64,000 bases of DNA from the NCBI GenBank assembly GCA_040954595.2, contig CM082586.2, positions 7,595,337-7,659,336 on the forward strand, read 5' to 3'. Shown piece by piece: positions 63,955-64,000 of this stretch. Each line of letters begins with the position of its first letter. Within the stretch, counting starts at the first letter, position 1. The notes under the pieces were generated by a model, which was not told where the DNA came from, made no database searches, and saw only the letters and a program-made list of their open reading frames with translations. Both the position numbers and the translations under genes were made by a program. Source of the stretch: Balanoglossus misakiensis (Eukaryota; Animalia; Hemichordata).

Positions 63955-64000
63955 ATCACCTTTCACCACCATGGTTTAGTCTAAATTCATTGTTTTTTAT
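63955..64000. mobile_element. MITE family A, copy 8 (cut by window edge)
   Basis: CCTTTCACCACCATGGTTTAGTC matches the end of the other copies. Confidence 0.7.

Overview
Intron-rich, AT-rich animal genomic DNA, most likely an invertebrate deuterostome (inferred from protein similarity; the species cannot be determined). Three spliced protein-coding genes can be reconstructed by hand with frame-consistent exons. (1) A class II POU transcription factor (POU2/Oct-1/nubbin-like), + strand, 1827-19195. (2) An NCAM/Fasciclin II-like adhesion molecule (5 Ig, 2 FN3, TM, modular cytoplasmic tail), - strand, 47545-28682. (3) The ribosome-biogenesis factor URB2/Npa2, + strand, 50154-63420, 26 exons. POU2 and NCAM are tail-to-tail with long putative 3' UTRs; NCAM and URB2 are head-to-head. 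Introns and UTRs carry many non-autonomous DNA transposons (hAT with an intact 8-bp TSD, a piggyBac deletion derivative, TTAA-flanked MITE families, Tc1/mariner-like MITEs), a tRNA-derived SINE head and microsatellites. Most notable observations: a minor-spliceosome AT-AC intron in URB2; an abrupt GC3 island over the POU DNA-binding region (105 of 109 codons); candidate POU2 microexons and a cassette exon; and three symmetric cassette exons in the NCAM tail, two ending in an acidic dileucine motif. No prokaryotic-type system (CRISPR, operon) is present. Comparisons to human proteins are from memory and need alignment.
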